NCBI GenBank assembly: GCA_046483985.1
Contig: JAWOCD010000120.1
Span: forward strand, 1 to 64,000
Direction of reading: 5' to 3'
Source: Promethearchaeia archaeon
GTDB lineage: Archaea > Asgardarchaeota > Lokiarchaeia > Sigyniarchaeales > SOKP01
DNA: 64,000 nt
The notes under the pieces are model-generated. The model searched no databases. It saw only the letters and a program-made list of their open reading frames with translations, and was not told the origin of the DNA. How positions within the stretch are numbered: position 1 is the first letter of the stretch; each line of letters begins with the position of its first letter. Shown piece after piece: positions 20,564 to 30,828 of this stretch. The position numbers were made by a program, and so were the translations under genes.

Positions 20564-21589
20564 TCATTCTTTATATTTTTTCGTCAAGACACGGAGAGCA
20601 TCTGCCATATCTTTCAATGCCTGCTGTCTTTCTGTGGGCTTGAGATTTCGGAAATCGTCACCTAAATTCAGACCTATTTTTTGGGTATCTGCTAATTTTT
20701 GGTATTTTTTAATTACTAATTGGGTAATGTAGTCTTCATATTTTTCTAATACTGCTTGCAATTGTTGATTGTCCTTAATTTGGTCCCATAACTCCAATGT
20801 TTGAAGGGAATTTATCCCTAAGTCAATCCGAAACCAACTAATGGGAAATAATACGTCAGCATTTATTCCATATTCAATCATTTCTTTATTCTCTTTGTCA
20901 ATGTAAAGGGAATCGTTAGTGTTTCCCTCCTTCTTGAAAGAAATATTATCCGACATGATATACAAGTTCGCGACCTTTTTTGAGGTACAGACAAGGCCCG
21001 TTGCAAAACCATGAGCCATTTTTAGTTTATAAGCGAAATCTTCTAATTTTGATCCGAAATAATGTAAATTATTTTTTTTGGCACCCTGAAACTGGATTTT
21101 TATTTTATTGGCACGAGTCTTACTTTTATCTAATTCTTTTAGCAGCTTTGGAAAGAGATCTTCATCGCGATTTTTTTTATGGGCTTTCATTAATTTATTA
21201 ATAAGTTCATAGTCAATCTTTAATCCAGGGATGACTGTATTTTCATTCATAAAAGCATCTACTTCAAAATCTACAATACCGTAAAACAATTTTCTTTCTT
21301 TGATAATTTTTTCTAACGTCTCAATGATTACTTCAATAAGTGCTTCAGAGTTCCCTCGAACGGTCGTCATCTCTCTGGGAGTGAAGGTATTAATTTGATC
21401 ATCAATGCCTTCTTCCTTATAAAACTCCGCCCAACTCATCTCCGAAAAAATGTTGCCCTCGGCATAAAGATTATGAGCCGAATCAATACTAACTAAACTC
21501 ATATTTCCACCTAACTCTACGCCATCTTTTGTGCCAGACGCCAATATTGCAGACGGAGGATTATAGAAGAATATAAAATCGTTTGGCAA
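20564..21589 (-). CDS. Hypothetical protein
   Basis: 341-aa ORF with natural composition; no motif recognised. Confidence 0.7.
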   Translation of the reverse strand: MPNDFIFFYNPPSAILASGTKDGVELGGNMSLVSIDSAHNLYAEGNIFSEMSWAEFYKEEGIDDQINTFTPREMTTVRGNSEALIEVIIETLEKIIKERKLFYGIVDFEVDAFMNENTVIPGLKIDYELINKLMKAHKKNRDEDLFPKLLKELDKSKTRANKIKIQFQGAKKNNLHYFGSKLEDFAYKLKMAHGFATGLVCTSKKVANLYIMSDNISFKKEGNTNDSLYIDKENKEMIEYGINADVLFPISWFRIDLGINSLQTLELWDQIKDNQQLQAVLEKYEDYITQLVIKKYQKLADTQKIGLNLGDDFRNLKPTERQQALKDMADALRVLTKKYKE

Positions 21590-21759
21590 AAAATCACCTT
21601 AATAATATTAAATTTATATATCGATAATTATTGCTTTTTATTAACCTAAAATTCCAATTATAATAAGTTTTAGAGTTATAAATATTTAAGTTATAGCGAA
21701 AGAAGTCGAATGAAGTTGTAATTCAATAAAAGGAACCTTAAAAATTGAGATTAACCGCC

Positions 21760-22542
21760 TTAAATTCGAGGTAATTTCACATAAAAGGTGGATCCCTTAT
21801 TTATCCCGTCCGATTCGACCCAGATTTTTCCATCGTGCAACTCTATAATTTTTTTGGAAAGATACAATCCTAGTCCTGTTCCCTTCATATAAATATCAAA
21901 ATTTAGTGATTTTCCTCGTTCCAAGACTGTAAACTTTTTAAATAATTTATCCATTTCCCCTTCGGTCAACCCTATCCCTGTATCTTTCACAGAAAAAATA
22001 ACGTAATCCTTGTTTTCCGACTTCTCTTCTTTTACGGTAACTGTTATTTCTCCTTGAGCAGGTGTATATTTAATTGCATTTGAGAGCAAATTGGTAATAA
22101 CTTGTTCCATTTTTACATTATCAAACTTTACAATCATTTGCTCAGGCAAGTTAAGGTAAATTTCATGCCGTCGCTTCTCAATAAAAAATTGTAAGTCTTT
22201 TTTGCACTTTTTAATAAGAGCAATAAGATCTTTTTCTTCTTTTTCAAATTTATTGTCATTGCTGTCCCACCTTGAATATTCGAAGAAATTCTTTAACAAA
22301 TATTTTAATTTTTCGCTTCCGTTCAAGATGAGGTCAAGCAGTTCTTTTTTATCACCAGCAAGGTTTGATTCTTTGAGTAATTGAGCCGCCGAATAGATTT
22401 GGCTTAAGGGGGTTTTTAACTCATGGGAAGCACTGTCTAAGAACTCTTTTTTCTTCTCCATCTTTTTTTCTTTTTTCATTTTTTTCGCATCATCTGCAAT
22501 TCGAGTTTTGTTCGAAGATTTATGAGATTTAGATAAAGTCAT
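21760..22542 (-). CDS. Sensor-less histidine kinase (HisKA + HATPase)
   Basis: SHELKTPL, NLLSNAIKY, DTGIG, GTGLGL. Confidence 0.9.
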   Translation of the reverse strand: MTLSKSHKSSNKTRIADDAKKMKKEKKMEKKKEFLDSASHELKTPLSQIYSAAQLLKESNLAGDKKELLDLILNGSEKLKYLLKNFFEYSRWDSNDNKFEKEEKDLIALIKKCKKDLQFFIEKRRHEIYLNLPEQMIVKFDNVKMEQVITNLLSNAIKYTPAQGEITVTVKEEKSENKDYVIFSVKDTGIGLTEGEMDKLFKKFTVLERGKSLNFDIYMKGTGLGLYLSKKIIELHDGKIWVESDGINKGSTFYVKLPRI

Positions 22543-22679
22543 TTAGTATATCAATTCAAAATATTTTTATTTTCTAAGAAGATTGAATCAGAAGTTACTT
22601 ATTAATCATCAAGATTATAGGATTTGTTCGTTATGATAATGAGCAAAAGTTTCTGAGAATGTTAAAGATCAATTTGATT

Positions 22680-25600
22680 CTAATCTTCAAAATTTTCGAG
22701 CGGTAACTCAATAAAAAATGTAGACCCTTTATATCTCCCCTCGGACTCGGCCCAAATCTTTCCACCGTGCATCTTAACAATTGTTTTAGAAATAAATAAT
22801 CCTAGTCCTGTACCTTCTGTGTTTACTTTATGTCCTTTTCCATATCTTTCTATTTTACTGAATTTTTTAAATAGTCTTGGTTTCTCTTTTTCCGTTAATC
22901 CAATTCCGGTATCTTTTACGGAAAGAAGTAATGAACCCTTTCTTTTTACAACATTTATTGAAATATTTCCATGGGGAGGAGTATTTTTCAGCGCATTTGA
23001 AAGAAGGTTAGTAATTACTTGTTCAAAACGGATTTTATCAAGTTTTATTTTTGGAATTGGTTCTTTACAATGAAGTTTAATTTTGGTTTTTCTTCTTTCA
23101 GCTAAATATTTAATTTCATTGATACAATCATCGATAATTTCTTTAAAATTATAGGATTTTAATTTTAGCGGAATTAATTTATTTTCTTCCAACCGAGAGA
23201 TATCTAAAAGACTTGATATTAATTTTTTAAGCCGAGTACTCCCCTTAAGAGCTATCTGGATGAATTCTTTACCTCTCTCATCTAACTCTGAGTTGTACAG
23301 TTCCAAGAAGAGTTGTAAAGCTCCATGAATTGAAGTTAAGGGAGTTTTTAGTTCATGGGAAGCACGTTTCACGAATTCTGTTCTTATTTCATCGAAATGC
23401 TTCAGTTTCTTATTTTCTTCTTTGATTATTTTTAATGCCCGTTTTTTTTCTGTAACATCAACAGACTCTACTATTATGCGGGAATTCTTATTTATAAGGA
23501 CTAAATTGTAATAAATTTCAATCCATTTATTTCTTCCTTGATAATCTCTATAATTTATTTCAATCGGTTTTTTGCTCCCTTTCTTTAATCGTGCTACAAA
23601 TGTTTTAAGGAGTCTCTTTACCTTCTTTTGGGGAATATCAAGTATTTCAAAAACTCTTTTTCCAACCGCTTCTCGTTTTGAAAAATTAAGATTCTCCATA
23701 GCAGCATCATTAAAATCAATTATTTTGGAATTTAAATCGAGAAGGATAATAGAGTTAGGGGATACATCTATAATTTTCCGGTTTTTTTCCTCTAGTTCTC
23801 TTAATTTAATATTTTCCTTGGTTAAAAGGGATTTTGCTAACTTCAAGTTTGATATATCTTGAGTTTCGAGTAAGACAAGATTTTTTCCCCCTATTTTCAT
23901 CAAGGAATAATAAAGGTGGAGCCATTTTTTAGCGCCCTTGGCATTTACGAATTGAATTTCAATGGGTTTAAATGAGCGGTGTTTAATTCGATCGAATAGC
24001 TCATTTAAAATGTATCTTATCTTGTCCTCGGGAAAGTCCAGTAATTGAAATATATTGTGGCCGATTATTTCTTTCCGAGATTTGGAGAAGGTTTTAAGAG
24101 CTAATTTATTGCAATCCACAATTTCGCTGTTTAAGTTGACCAAATAAATCGCGTTGGGAGAATTTTCTATTAAAGTGCGATATTTTTTTTCTGATTCTCG
24201 TAGCTTTCTCTCTGCCCGCTTTTTTTTACGGTTATCCCTGGCAATAAAAATTAGTCCACGTTTTCCCTCATATTCATACACACTTCCCTTAGAATAGGTC
24301 GGTATCCATTCTCCGTTCTTGTGGTGTCCCCGGTATTCGAGAGTTAAATCCTTTTTAGTCTTAAAGATGCTTTTCATTTTCTTAACTATACACGGTAAAT
24401 CTTCTGGATGCACAAATTGATATGCTCTTTTTCCTATAATTTCATCGGGACTATACCCAAACATCTTGTAAAGTTGAGAACTACAAAATTGAATCTTGAG
24501 TTTTTCATCCAACTCAATAAGCATATCTGACATATTGTTAATTAAATGGGCAAATTTGGTCTCGTTTTTCTGAAGTTTTCTTTTGGCATCTTTTTGCTCC
24601 GATATGTCCAAGCCAACACCGAGAATAGCCGTTTTTCCTTGATATGTGATTGTATTACTATATAATTCTGCCCAATAGGTCTCACCGTTTTTTTTGATTC
24701 CCTTGAATTCATAGTGGGTGATAACATCCTTTTCCCCCTTCTGTTTTTTTGCTGCTTGTTCCTGAATAAATTGGCGGTCATCAGGATGGATCACTTTCTT
24801 ATAAAAAACATTTGGTTTCCAATTTAATATTTCTTGTTTAGGATATCCCATCATCTGGACTAACTTTTGGTTTACATATTTGAACGTATCGTTTTGCAAA
24901 ATGAAAATGCCCATTATCGTTTGTTGAGATAAAGATTTAACAACTTTCCTTGCCTCTCTCAATTGACTCTTTATCCAATTTTCCTCTGTAATATTACGTA
25001 ATACAATAAGATCCGCAGAATCTCCGTTGAATTCAATTGTATGTGAAACAATCTCAGCCCAAAATGGAGTTCCGTCTTTTTTTAACGCCTTAAAAATATA
25101 ATTATTTTTTGTTCCCTTTTTCCCTTGCTGTTTTTTTCTTGCTTGGTTTTTGCTCTCTGAGCGAAAATCCGGGTGAATATAATTAAGATATTCTCCAGCT
25201 TTTAAATGGAGCATTTCTTCTTTTGAAGCTCCAAACATCTGTGCATATTTAGAGTTCACATATTGAACTTTATCGTTTTGAAGGATGCAAATGCCAATGA
25301 GGGATTGTTCCGCAATAGATGCAAACTCTCGGGAAGGGCTTATAAGTTGAGGGGTGTTTTTATAATCTTGGATATTCGTAAAGGTAAGCTGAAAAAACGG
25401 CGAACTTTCGATGGTAAATTTGGAGAAGTTTATCTTAAACCATTCATATCTGTTCTTTGTTGTTTTAATTTGGGCTTCTAAGGAAGGTAGGGATTTGAGA
25501 TTCCCGTTATCTCTGATTTTCTTTAATTTATCTCGAAAATTGGATTTAATTATATCTAATTTCAAAACTTGTATATTGAGAATTGGATCTTTATTGTCTT

Positions 25601-25742
25601 CAAAAAAAGAGTGTTTTGCTTCCTCATTCAAAAAAACAATTTCCAAATCTTGATTTATTACCAAAGTAGGTAAGGGAGATCGCTGCAAGATCGTTTTATA
25701 TTGCTTTGAGGAAAAACAATCCTCAGCATCTAAATTTTTCAT
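22680..25742 (-). CDS. Cytoplasmic multi-PAS histidine kinase
   Basis: About six PAS repeats (IHPD/VHPED), SHELKTPL, N/G1/G2 boxes; no TM segment. Confidence 0.92.
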   Translation of the reverse strand: MKNLDAEDCFSSKQYKTILQRSPLPTLVINQDLEIVFLNEEAKHSFFEDNKDPILNIQVLKLDIIKSNFRDKLKKIRDNGNLKSLPSLEAQIKTTKNRYEWFKINFSKFTIESSPFFQLTFTNIQDYKNTPQLISPSREFASIAEQSLIGICILQNDKVQYVNSKYAQMFGASKEEMLHLKAGEYLNYIHPDFRSESKNQARKKQQGKKGTKNNYIFKALKKDGTPFWAEIVSHTIEFNGDSADLIVLRNITEENWIKSQLREARKVVKSLSQQTIMGIFILQNDTFKYVNQKLVQMMGYPKQEILNWKPNVFYKKVIHPDDRQFIQEQAAKKQKGEKDVITHYEFKGIKKNGETYWAELYSNTITYQGKTAILGVGLDISEQKDAKRKLQKNETKFAHLINNMSDMLIELDEKLKIQFCSSQLYKMFGYSPDEIIGKRAYQFVHPEDLPCIVKKMKSIFKTKKDLTLEYRGHHKNGEWIPTYSKGSVYEYEGKRGLIFIARDNRKKKRAERKLRESEKKYRTLIENSPNAIYLVNLNSEIVDCNKLALKTFSKSRKEIIGHNIFQLLDFPEDKIRYILNELFDRIKHRSFKPIEIQFVNAKGAKKWLHLYYSLMKIGGKNLVLLETQDISNLKLAKSLLTKENIKLRELEEKNRKIIDVSPNSIILLDLNSKIIDFNDAAMENLNFSKREAVGKRVFEILDIPQKKVKRLLKTFVARLKKGSKKPIEINYRDYQGRNKWIEIYYNLVLINKNSRIIVESVDVTEKKRALKIIKEENKKLKHFDEIRTEFVKRASHELKTPLTSIHGALQLFLELYNSELDERGKEFIQIALKGSTRLKKLISSLLDISRLEENKLIPLKLKSYNFKEIIDDCINEIKYLAERRKTKIKLHCKEPIPKIKLDKIRFEQVITNLLSNALKNTPPHGNISINVVKRKGSLLLSVKDTGIGLTEKEKPRLFKKFSKIERYGKGHKVNTEGTGLGLFISKTIVKMHGGKIWAESEGRYKGSTFFIELPLENFED

Positions 25743-25861
25743 TCAACAATCCCAAATTATACAAAATTGCTTTAAGAGATTATATCATTTAATCCAATTA
25801 TAACATATGCCTAAAAAAACTTTTTCGTTATGATAGATGTTTCAAATTTTAAACCGAAACT

Positions 25862-27376
25862 TCATAATGTTTTGAGGCGTTTTTTGCGAAAGGTTGCATA
25901 TTTAACAAGTGCATCCATACACTTCGTGGGTTGATCCCAGAAATCAAAGACTGGTAAGTTCATTGCAATCAATTTTTGATAAATTGATTTTTTATACGGT
26001 TGCGGTCCGACAAAGAAGATAGGGGCTTGATACTTTTCCATTATCCGTTTGCTCGGTTTTAAAAAGGCTCTATCAATTGCGCTCGAAAATTGCCGCATGT
26101 GTTTATCCACTTCAAACCCACTCTCTTCTATAACGTCAACGACTTCTTCAAAATCAAAAACACCGTAGACAATTACTGCGTCCACCTCACCTGATTTAAC
26201 TAATAGTTTCGGAAACTTTACAAAAAGATTATAGAAGTTCATATCAAAGGTAACATCGATGGGGTTTCGAGCTCCAGCAGTAGGAGGAATATGTTGCCGA
26301 ATTTCCTCTTGCAACTCATTTGAAAATTCGGGTACTTCCAAGCCATATAACTCAGCAGATTTAACCATCATAGAACCCGAACCGCCAGAATCTGTAATTA
26401 TCCCAACTTTATTTCCTTGCGGGTAAATACGTAATTCTTGAGCGATTTCAAAGATTTTCAATAAGTAAAGAAAGTCAGTAATTGAATTAGTGGAGATGAT
26501 GCCGGTCTCTTTAAACACGGCATTGTAGATGTCTTGATTGCCGCCCATAGCGCCTGTATGGCTCATAATGGATCGAGCGGCAGCTTCGGTACCGCCGGCA
26601 TAGATAGCAATAATTGGTTTATGGAGCGTAATCTCTTTTGCTAATTTAATGAATTCTCTCCCTCGTTTGATTTCCTCAATATAAAGTCCAATCACTTCTG
26701 TTTCCGGATCATCTTTAAAATAGGCCAAATAATCAACTATATCAATATTTAATTCATTTCCTATTGACAAGGATTTCCCGATCTTTGTTCCCATATTATT
26801 TGCATGCCACACCGTATGACATGCAATAGTGCCCGATTGACTCGCGATAGAGATTTTTCCTTTTTCGAATGTTTCATATATCCACATAGTATTAAGGCGA
26901 GAGTTGTCATCCTCTGGATCATACCAGCCGTTATATACCCCTAAACAATTAGGACCGATAAATCGCATATCATATTTCTCCGCGATTTGAGAAATCCGTT
27001 CAGATAACTGTTCTCCTTGTTCTCCACTTTCTCTAAATCCGCCCGAGGTGATTATAAGTCGCTTAATTCCTTTTTGCCCGCATTCTTCCATAACTTCTGG
27101 GACAACTTTCGGGGGAAGGATAATAAAGGCTATATCTGGGGTCTCTGGAACGTCAAGTACTGATTTGTAGGCTTTATATCCTTGCACCTCGTCCAACTTA
27201 GGGTGAATCGGATATATATTTCCCTTGAATCCCCCCGCAATGATGTTTCTCAATTGCATGGATCCCATCGTCGTGAGTAAATTATTGTTAGCACCGAAGA
27301 TGCATAAGCTTTTGGGATTTAATAAGGGATAAAGGCAATGTTCTTTACATATTGAATATTTATCGGATTCTGTCAT
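25862..27376 (-). CDS. ADP-forming acyl-CoA synthetase, alpha subunit
   Basis: GPNCLG, SQSG, SIGN, SHTG (phospho-His), NPID. Confidence 0.9.
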   Translation of the reverse strand: MTESDKYSICKEHCLYPLLNPKSLCIFGANNNLLTTMGSMQLRNIIAGGFKGNIYPIHPKLDEVQGYKAYKSVLDVPETPDIAFIILPPKVVPEVMEECGQKGIKRLIITSGGFRESGEQGEQLSERISQIAEKYDMRFIGPNCLGVYNGWYDPEDDNSRLNTMWIYETFEKGKISIASQSGTIACHTVWHANNMGTKIGKSLSIGNELNIDIVDYLAYFKDDPETEVIGLYIEEIKRGREFIKLAKEITLHKPIIAIYAGGTEAAARSIMSHTGAMGGNQDIYNAVFKETGIISTNSITDFLYLLKIFEIAQELRIYPQGNKVGIITDSGGSGSMMVKSAELYGLEVPEFSNELQEEIRQHIPPTAGARNPIDVTFDMNFYNLFVKFPKLLVKSGEVDAVIVYGVFDFEEVVDVIEESGFEVDKHMRQFSSAIDRAFLKPSKRIMEKYQAPIFFVGPQPYKKSIYQKLIAMNLPVFDFWDQPTKCMDALVKYATFRKKRLKTL

Positions 27377-27505
27377 GATTCTTTTACTATAACCTTAAAA
27401 AAATTCCTATTCTATGATTTCAAAATAAGATACTTAATTTGAATTTTTTGATCCCCGTCCTAAAGGATGATGACTCCTTTTACTATAAGTTAAAAATAAT
27501 ATTCC

Positions 27506-28036
27506 TTACTCCTTCCCGGTTGATCCAAAACCTCCCAGACCCCGTTCTGAGGGAGGAAGTTTATCTGCTTCATGAAATTCGTACGGATACATTTTTGCTA
27601 AAATTAATTGGCAAATTCTTTCTCCCTTTTTTAAAATCACTTCTTTATTGGATAAATTGACCACGATTGCCATCCATTCGTTTCGATAACCAGAATCTAT
27701 GGTTCCTGGAGAATTTACGATACTAATCCCTTGCCAGAGGGCTAGTCCACTCCGCGGGACAACTTTGAAAAAATATCCTCTCGGAATGGCCGTGGCAAAC
27801 CCTAACGGGCATCCGATTCGTTCAAGCGGTTTTAAGGTATACGTTTCAGCTTCGATATCAATCAGTTCTTTGTGATCGTCTTCCACTAAGATTTTCTTGA
27901 ATCCGTGAATCCGCGCATCAACACCAGCATCTCCGGCCTTCGCAAATCTCGGGACTTTAACCCCCTTCCTGAGCTTTTTAAAGGGAATAGAGAGAGGTGA
28001 AGATGCTTTTTTTTTCTTTTTATTTTGTTTACTCAT
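27506..28036 (-). CDS. dut: Trimeric dUTPase
   Basis: AGVD, PRSG, GTIDSGYR, RICQ, RGLGGFGSTG. Confidence 0.95.
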   Translation of the reverse strand: MSKQNKKKKKASSPLSIPFKKLRKGVKVPRFAKAGDAGVDARIHGFKKILVEDDHKELIDIEAETYTLKPLERIGCPLGFATAIPRGYFFKVVPRSGLALWQGISIVNSPGTIDSGYRNEWMAIVVNLSNKEVILKKGERICQLILAKMYPYEFHEADKLPPSERGLGGFGSTGKE

Positions 28037-28177
28037 TATCCTATGAACTTTCTTATTTTATCCTAAAAAAAAATTATTATTAAGGATATGATAGGACACA
28101 TACCATAAAGAACCTAAAAATTTTATTTATTTTTATTAATTTGTCTAAAGAATAATCGAATTCGTGAATTAATTAAT

Positions 28178-28633
28178 ATGATCGAAATAGAAAGATATGA
28201 TCCAAGAAAAGATAAAGATGCATTAAAAGAAATCTTCGAGGATTTTATACAAAATAAGTGCTATTTCTCATCCAATTGGGAAGAATTTGAAAAGGAACTT
28301 GATAAACGGTCCATGGATTTACAATATCGTAATGGAATGGTAGTCGCAAAAGAAGATGGTAATTTGGTGGGGTTTGGAACATACACGATGTTTACCGATT
28401 ATTTAGGGAATAATTGGGTCCTAATCCATCAAGTCATCACCAGAAAACAAGATGCATATCGAAAAGGCATTGAAGAGAAAATTATCGAAGAACTTCAATT
28501 ATATGTGAAGCGATCCCTAGGTGAGGATAAAGCATATTATATTTGCCTTGATTCTGATGGTTCTAAACGAAGTACATTGATGAAAATGGGAATTAAGAAA
28601 TCCGATAAGGAATGGTATGAAAAAGAATTATAG
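28178..28633 (+). CDS. GNAT-fold-like protein
   Basis: VVAKEDGNLVGFG and YRKGI resemble GNAT motif A. Confidence 0.55.
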   Translation: MIEIERYDPRKDKDALKEIFEDFIQNKCYFSSNWEEFEKELDKRSMDLQYRNGMVVAKEDGNLVGFGTYTMFTDYLGNNWVLIHQVITRKQDAYRKGIEEKIIEELQLYVKRSLGEDKAYYICLDSDGSKRSTLMKMGIKKSDKEWYEKEL

Positions 28634-28798
28634 TAAGTCAATTAAACTTTTATTTAACTTTTTTTTTTTCGTTAATCCGACATTTTTTTAATACATTTTT
28701 TCTTTTTGTGGCAAAGATAAACTTTTTAACAAATTATGGATTGAAATTTCAGGAATTTTAAGGAATTTGGATCTAAAAAAAGAATATCGATCAAGTCA

Positions 28799-30211
28799 TT
28801 ATTCTGGGGTTTTTGTTCTGATATCCGGGGTTTTTGACTTGATTTTGTCCTCTTGAAGTTTTTCTAATTTTTTTATACGCTTTTCTAATTCATTTCGTCT
28901 TTTATGGAGTTCTGATTTCTCATTTTTAATTTTGTTCCGCTCTTTTCTGATAATTTTCTTTTCTTTTTGGATATCTGCTTTCTGTTTATCAAGTCGTTTC
29001 TGGTCCCGTTGAATTTCCGAGTTTAATTTGCTTTTTTTATCCTCTAAATTGTCCACATCATTGCGCAAAGTATCATATTGATTTTTTAACTTATCTAAGT
29101 TTTTTTTCAATTTTTTTTCCTTTTTTTCAAGACGGTTTGTTTTTTTTCGGATCTTTTTCATCTTTTTCTTCTCTTTTCTTCGGGTCTTCTTTGCCTTTTT
29201 TCTTTCTTTCTTCAATTCATTTTTAGTATCGTCTAAGTCGTCTTGCTTATCTTCTAACTCATCGATTTTATAATCCACTTCTTGCTTTTTATGTCGTAAT
29301 TTTTCTTTTTGCTCATCGATCTTTCTCCGTTCTTCATCTAACTTATACTTTTGCCGAGAAATATCATTTTTGATTTTTGCCATTTCATCCTCTAAGTCAC
29401 TCTTTTGATCCGATAAATCTGAAACCTCATCTCTTAGACTCTCTACTTTCCCTTTGAGATTATCATAATCCTCTTTTAATTTATTTCTGGCCGCCTTCAG
29501 TTTGCCCAAATCTTCTTTTAAATCCTCACTATCTGCTCTTTTCTTCTTGATGTTCTTTTTGAGATTATCCAATTGTTCTTCAAGATCATCATGTCGTTTT
29601 TGGTCCCGTTGAATTTCCGAGTTTAACGTGCTTTTTTTATTCTCCAATTTGTCCGTTCTATCCTCTAAGTCACTCTTTTGATCCGATAAATCTGAAACCT
29701 CATCTCTTAGACTCTCTACTTTCCCTTTGAGATTATCATAATCCCCTTTTAATTTATTTCTTCCCGCCTTCAGTTTATCCAAGTCTTCTTTTAAATCCTC
29801 ACTATCTGCTCTTCTCTTCTTAATGTTCTTTTTGAGATCATCCAATTGATCTTCAAGATCATTTTTTCTCTGAGAAAGATCATGAATTTTCCTTTTAATG
29901 AGCGATAATTCCTTTTTTTTCTCAGTTAACTCTTGATTAATGTTATCCAGTTTCGCTTGCTCTCTTTTTTTCCGTTTTAATAATTTGTGATGGTTAGTTT
30001 CCAAATATTTTTGTTTTTCTTCAAGTTTTTCTACTTTATTTTTTTTCTTTTGTGCCACTTTAGCAATTTTTTCCCATTTTTCACGTTCTTGTTTAAGCTT
30101 TTGTTTTTCTTTCCTGATATCGTCTAATAACTGCTCATTTTTTCGAATAATATCGACTTTATCCGGGGTTTTCTCCTTTATTTTATATTTCGGGGGTGTT
30201 TTATCGTTCAT
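28799..30211 (-). CDS. Long charged coiled-coil protein with a 91-aa internal duplication
   Basis: Continuous heptads; DNA duplication with 273-bp period. Confidence 0.85.
   Translation of the reverse strand: MNDKTPPKYKIKEKTPDKVDIIRKNEQLLDDIRKEKQKLKQEREKWEKIAKVAQKKKNKVEKLEEKQKYLETNHHKLLKRKKREQAKLDNINQELTEKKKELSLIKRKIHDLSQRKNDLEDQLDDLKKNIKKRRADSEDLKEDLDKLKAGRNKLKGDYDNLKGKVESLRDEVSDLSDQKSDLEDRTDKLENKKSTLNSEIQRDQKRHDDLEEQLDNLKKNIKKKRADSEDLKEDLGKLKAARNKLKEDYDNLKGKVESLRDEVSDLSDQKSDLEDEMAKIKNDISRQKYKLDEERRKIDEQKEKLRHKKQEVDYKIDELEDKQDDLDDTKNELKKERKKAKKTRRKEKKKMKKIRKKTNRLEKKEKKLKKNLDKLKNQYDTLRNDVDNLEDKKSKLNSEIQRDQKRLDKQKADIQKEKKIIRKERNKIKNEKSELHKRRNELEKRIKKLEKLQEDKIKSKTPDIRTKTPE
29388..29860. repeat. 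Intragenic direct repeat, 273-bp period
   Basis: tcctctaagtcactcttttgatccgataaatctgaaacc... at 29388 and 29661. Confidence 0.9.
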
Positions 30212-30367
30212 CGCTATTTATAAAATTCTTTTTCTCATTTGAGATTTGAATCTAATATTTAAAATGATGGTAATTAACTTTTAAAACATTTATTTAAATA
30301 TATTTATAATTAATAATTATATATACAAATATATTGTCATTATAAGCAAAAATAGTAGTGATATAAT

Positions 30368-30763
30368 ATGTCTTTTGATGATGAATTTGATGAGGATTTA
30401 GACGAAGACTTGGAGTTTGAGGAAGAAGAGCCAGAGCCGATTCAATCCAAAACACCTAATGCTACACCAGCTGAAAAGACACCAGCTGCAAAGACACCTG
30501 CTGGAGGAGGAGGTAAAAAAATTACCTTATATTTTACCTCTACAATCGGACCTGGAGAAAAGAAACAGAAGTTAATCGTGAATGATGGAAATACCGTTGG
30601 AGATATAAAAGAGACCGTAGGTAATATTTTTGGTTTAAACCCCACAGATTTCCATCTCTCTTCTGGAGGAGTAACCATGGATGACGCTAATCCACTTAGT
30701 GACTACTCCGTTTCAGAAGGCGATGATGTCTTGTTAATACCTGCTAGTACTGCAGGTTTCTAA
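30368..30763 (+). CDS. Ubiquitin-like modifier, UFM1-like, with an acidic disordered N-arm; ends IPASTAG-F
   Basis: Beta-grasp pattern (TVGDIKETV...LSDYSVSEGDDVLLIP); first gene of the E1/E2/JAMM operon. Confidence 0.88.
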   Translation: MSFDDEFDEDLDEDLEFEEEEPEPIQSKTPNATPAEKTPAAKTPAGGGGKKITLYFTSTIGPGEKKQKLIVNDGNTVGDIKETVGNIFGLNPTDFHLSSGGVTMDDANPLSDYSVSEGDDVLLIPASTAGF

Positions 30764-30828
30764 AAAAGGTTCAAAATTTATAATTTTTTCTTTATTTTTT
30801 TATATTCATATTAAGGGTAGATAGCAAA

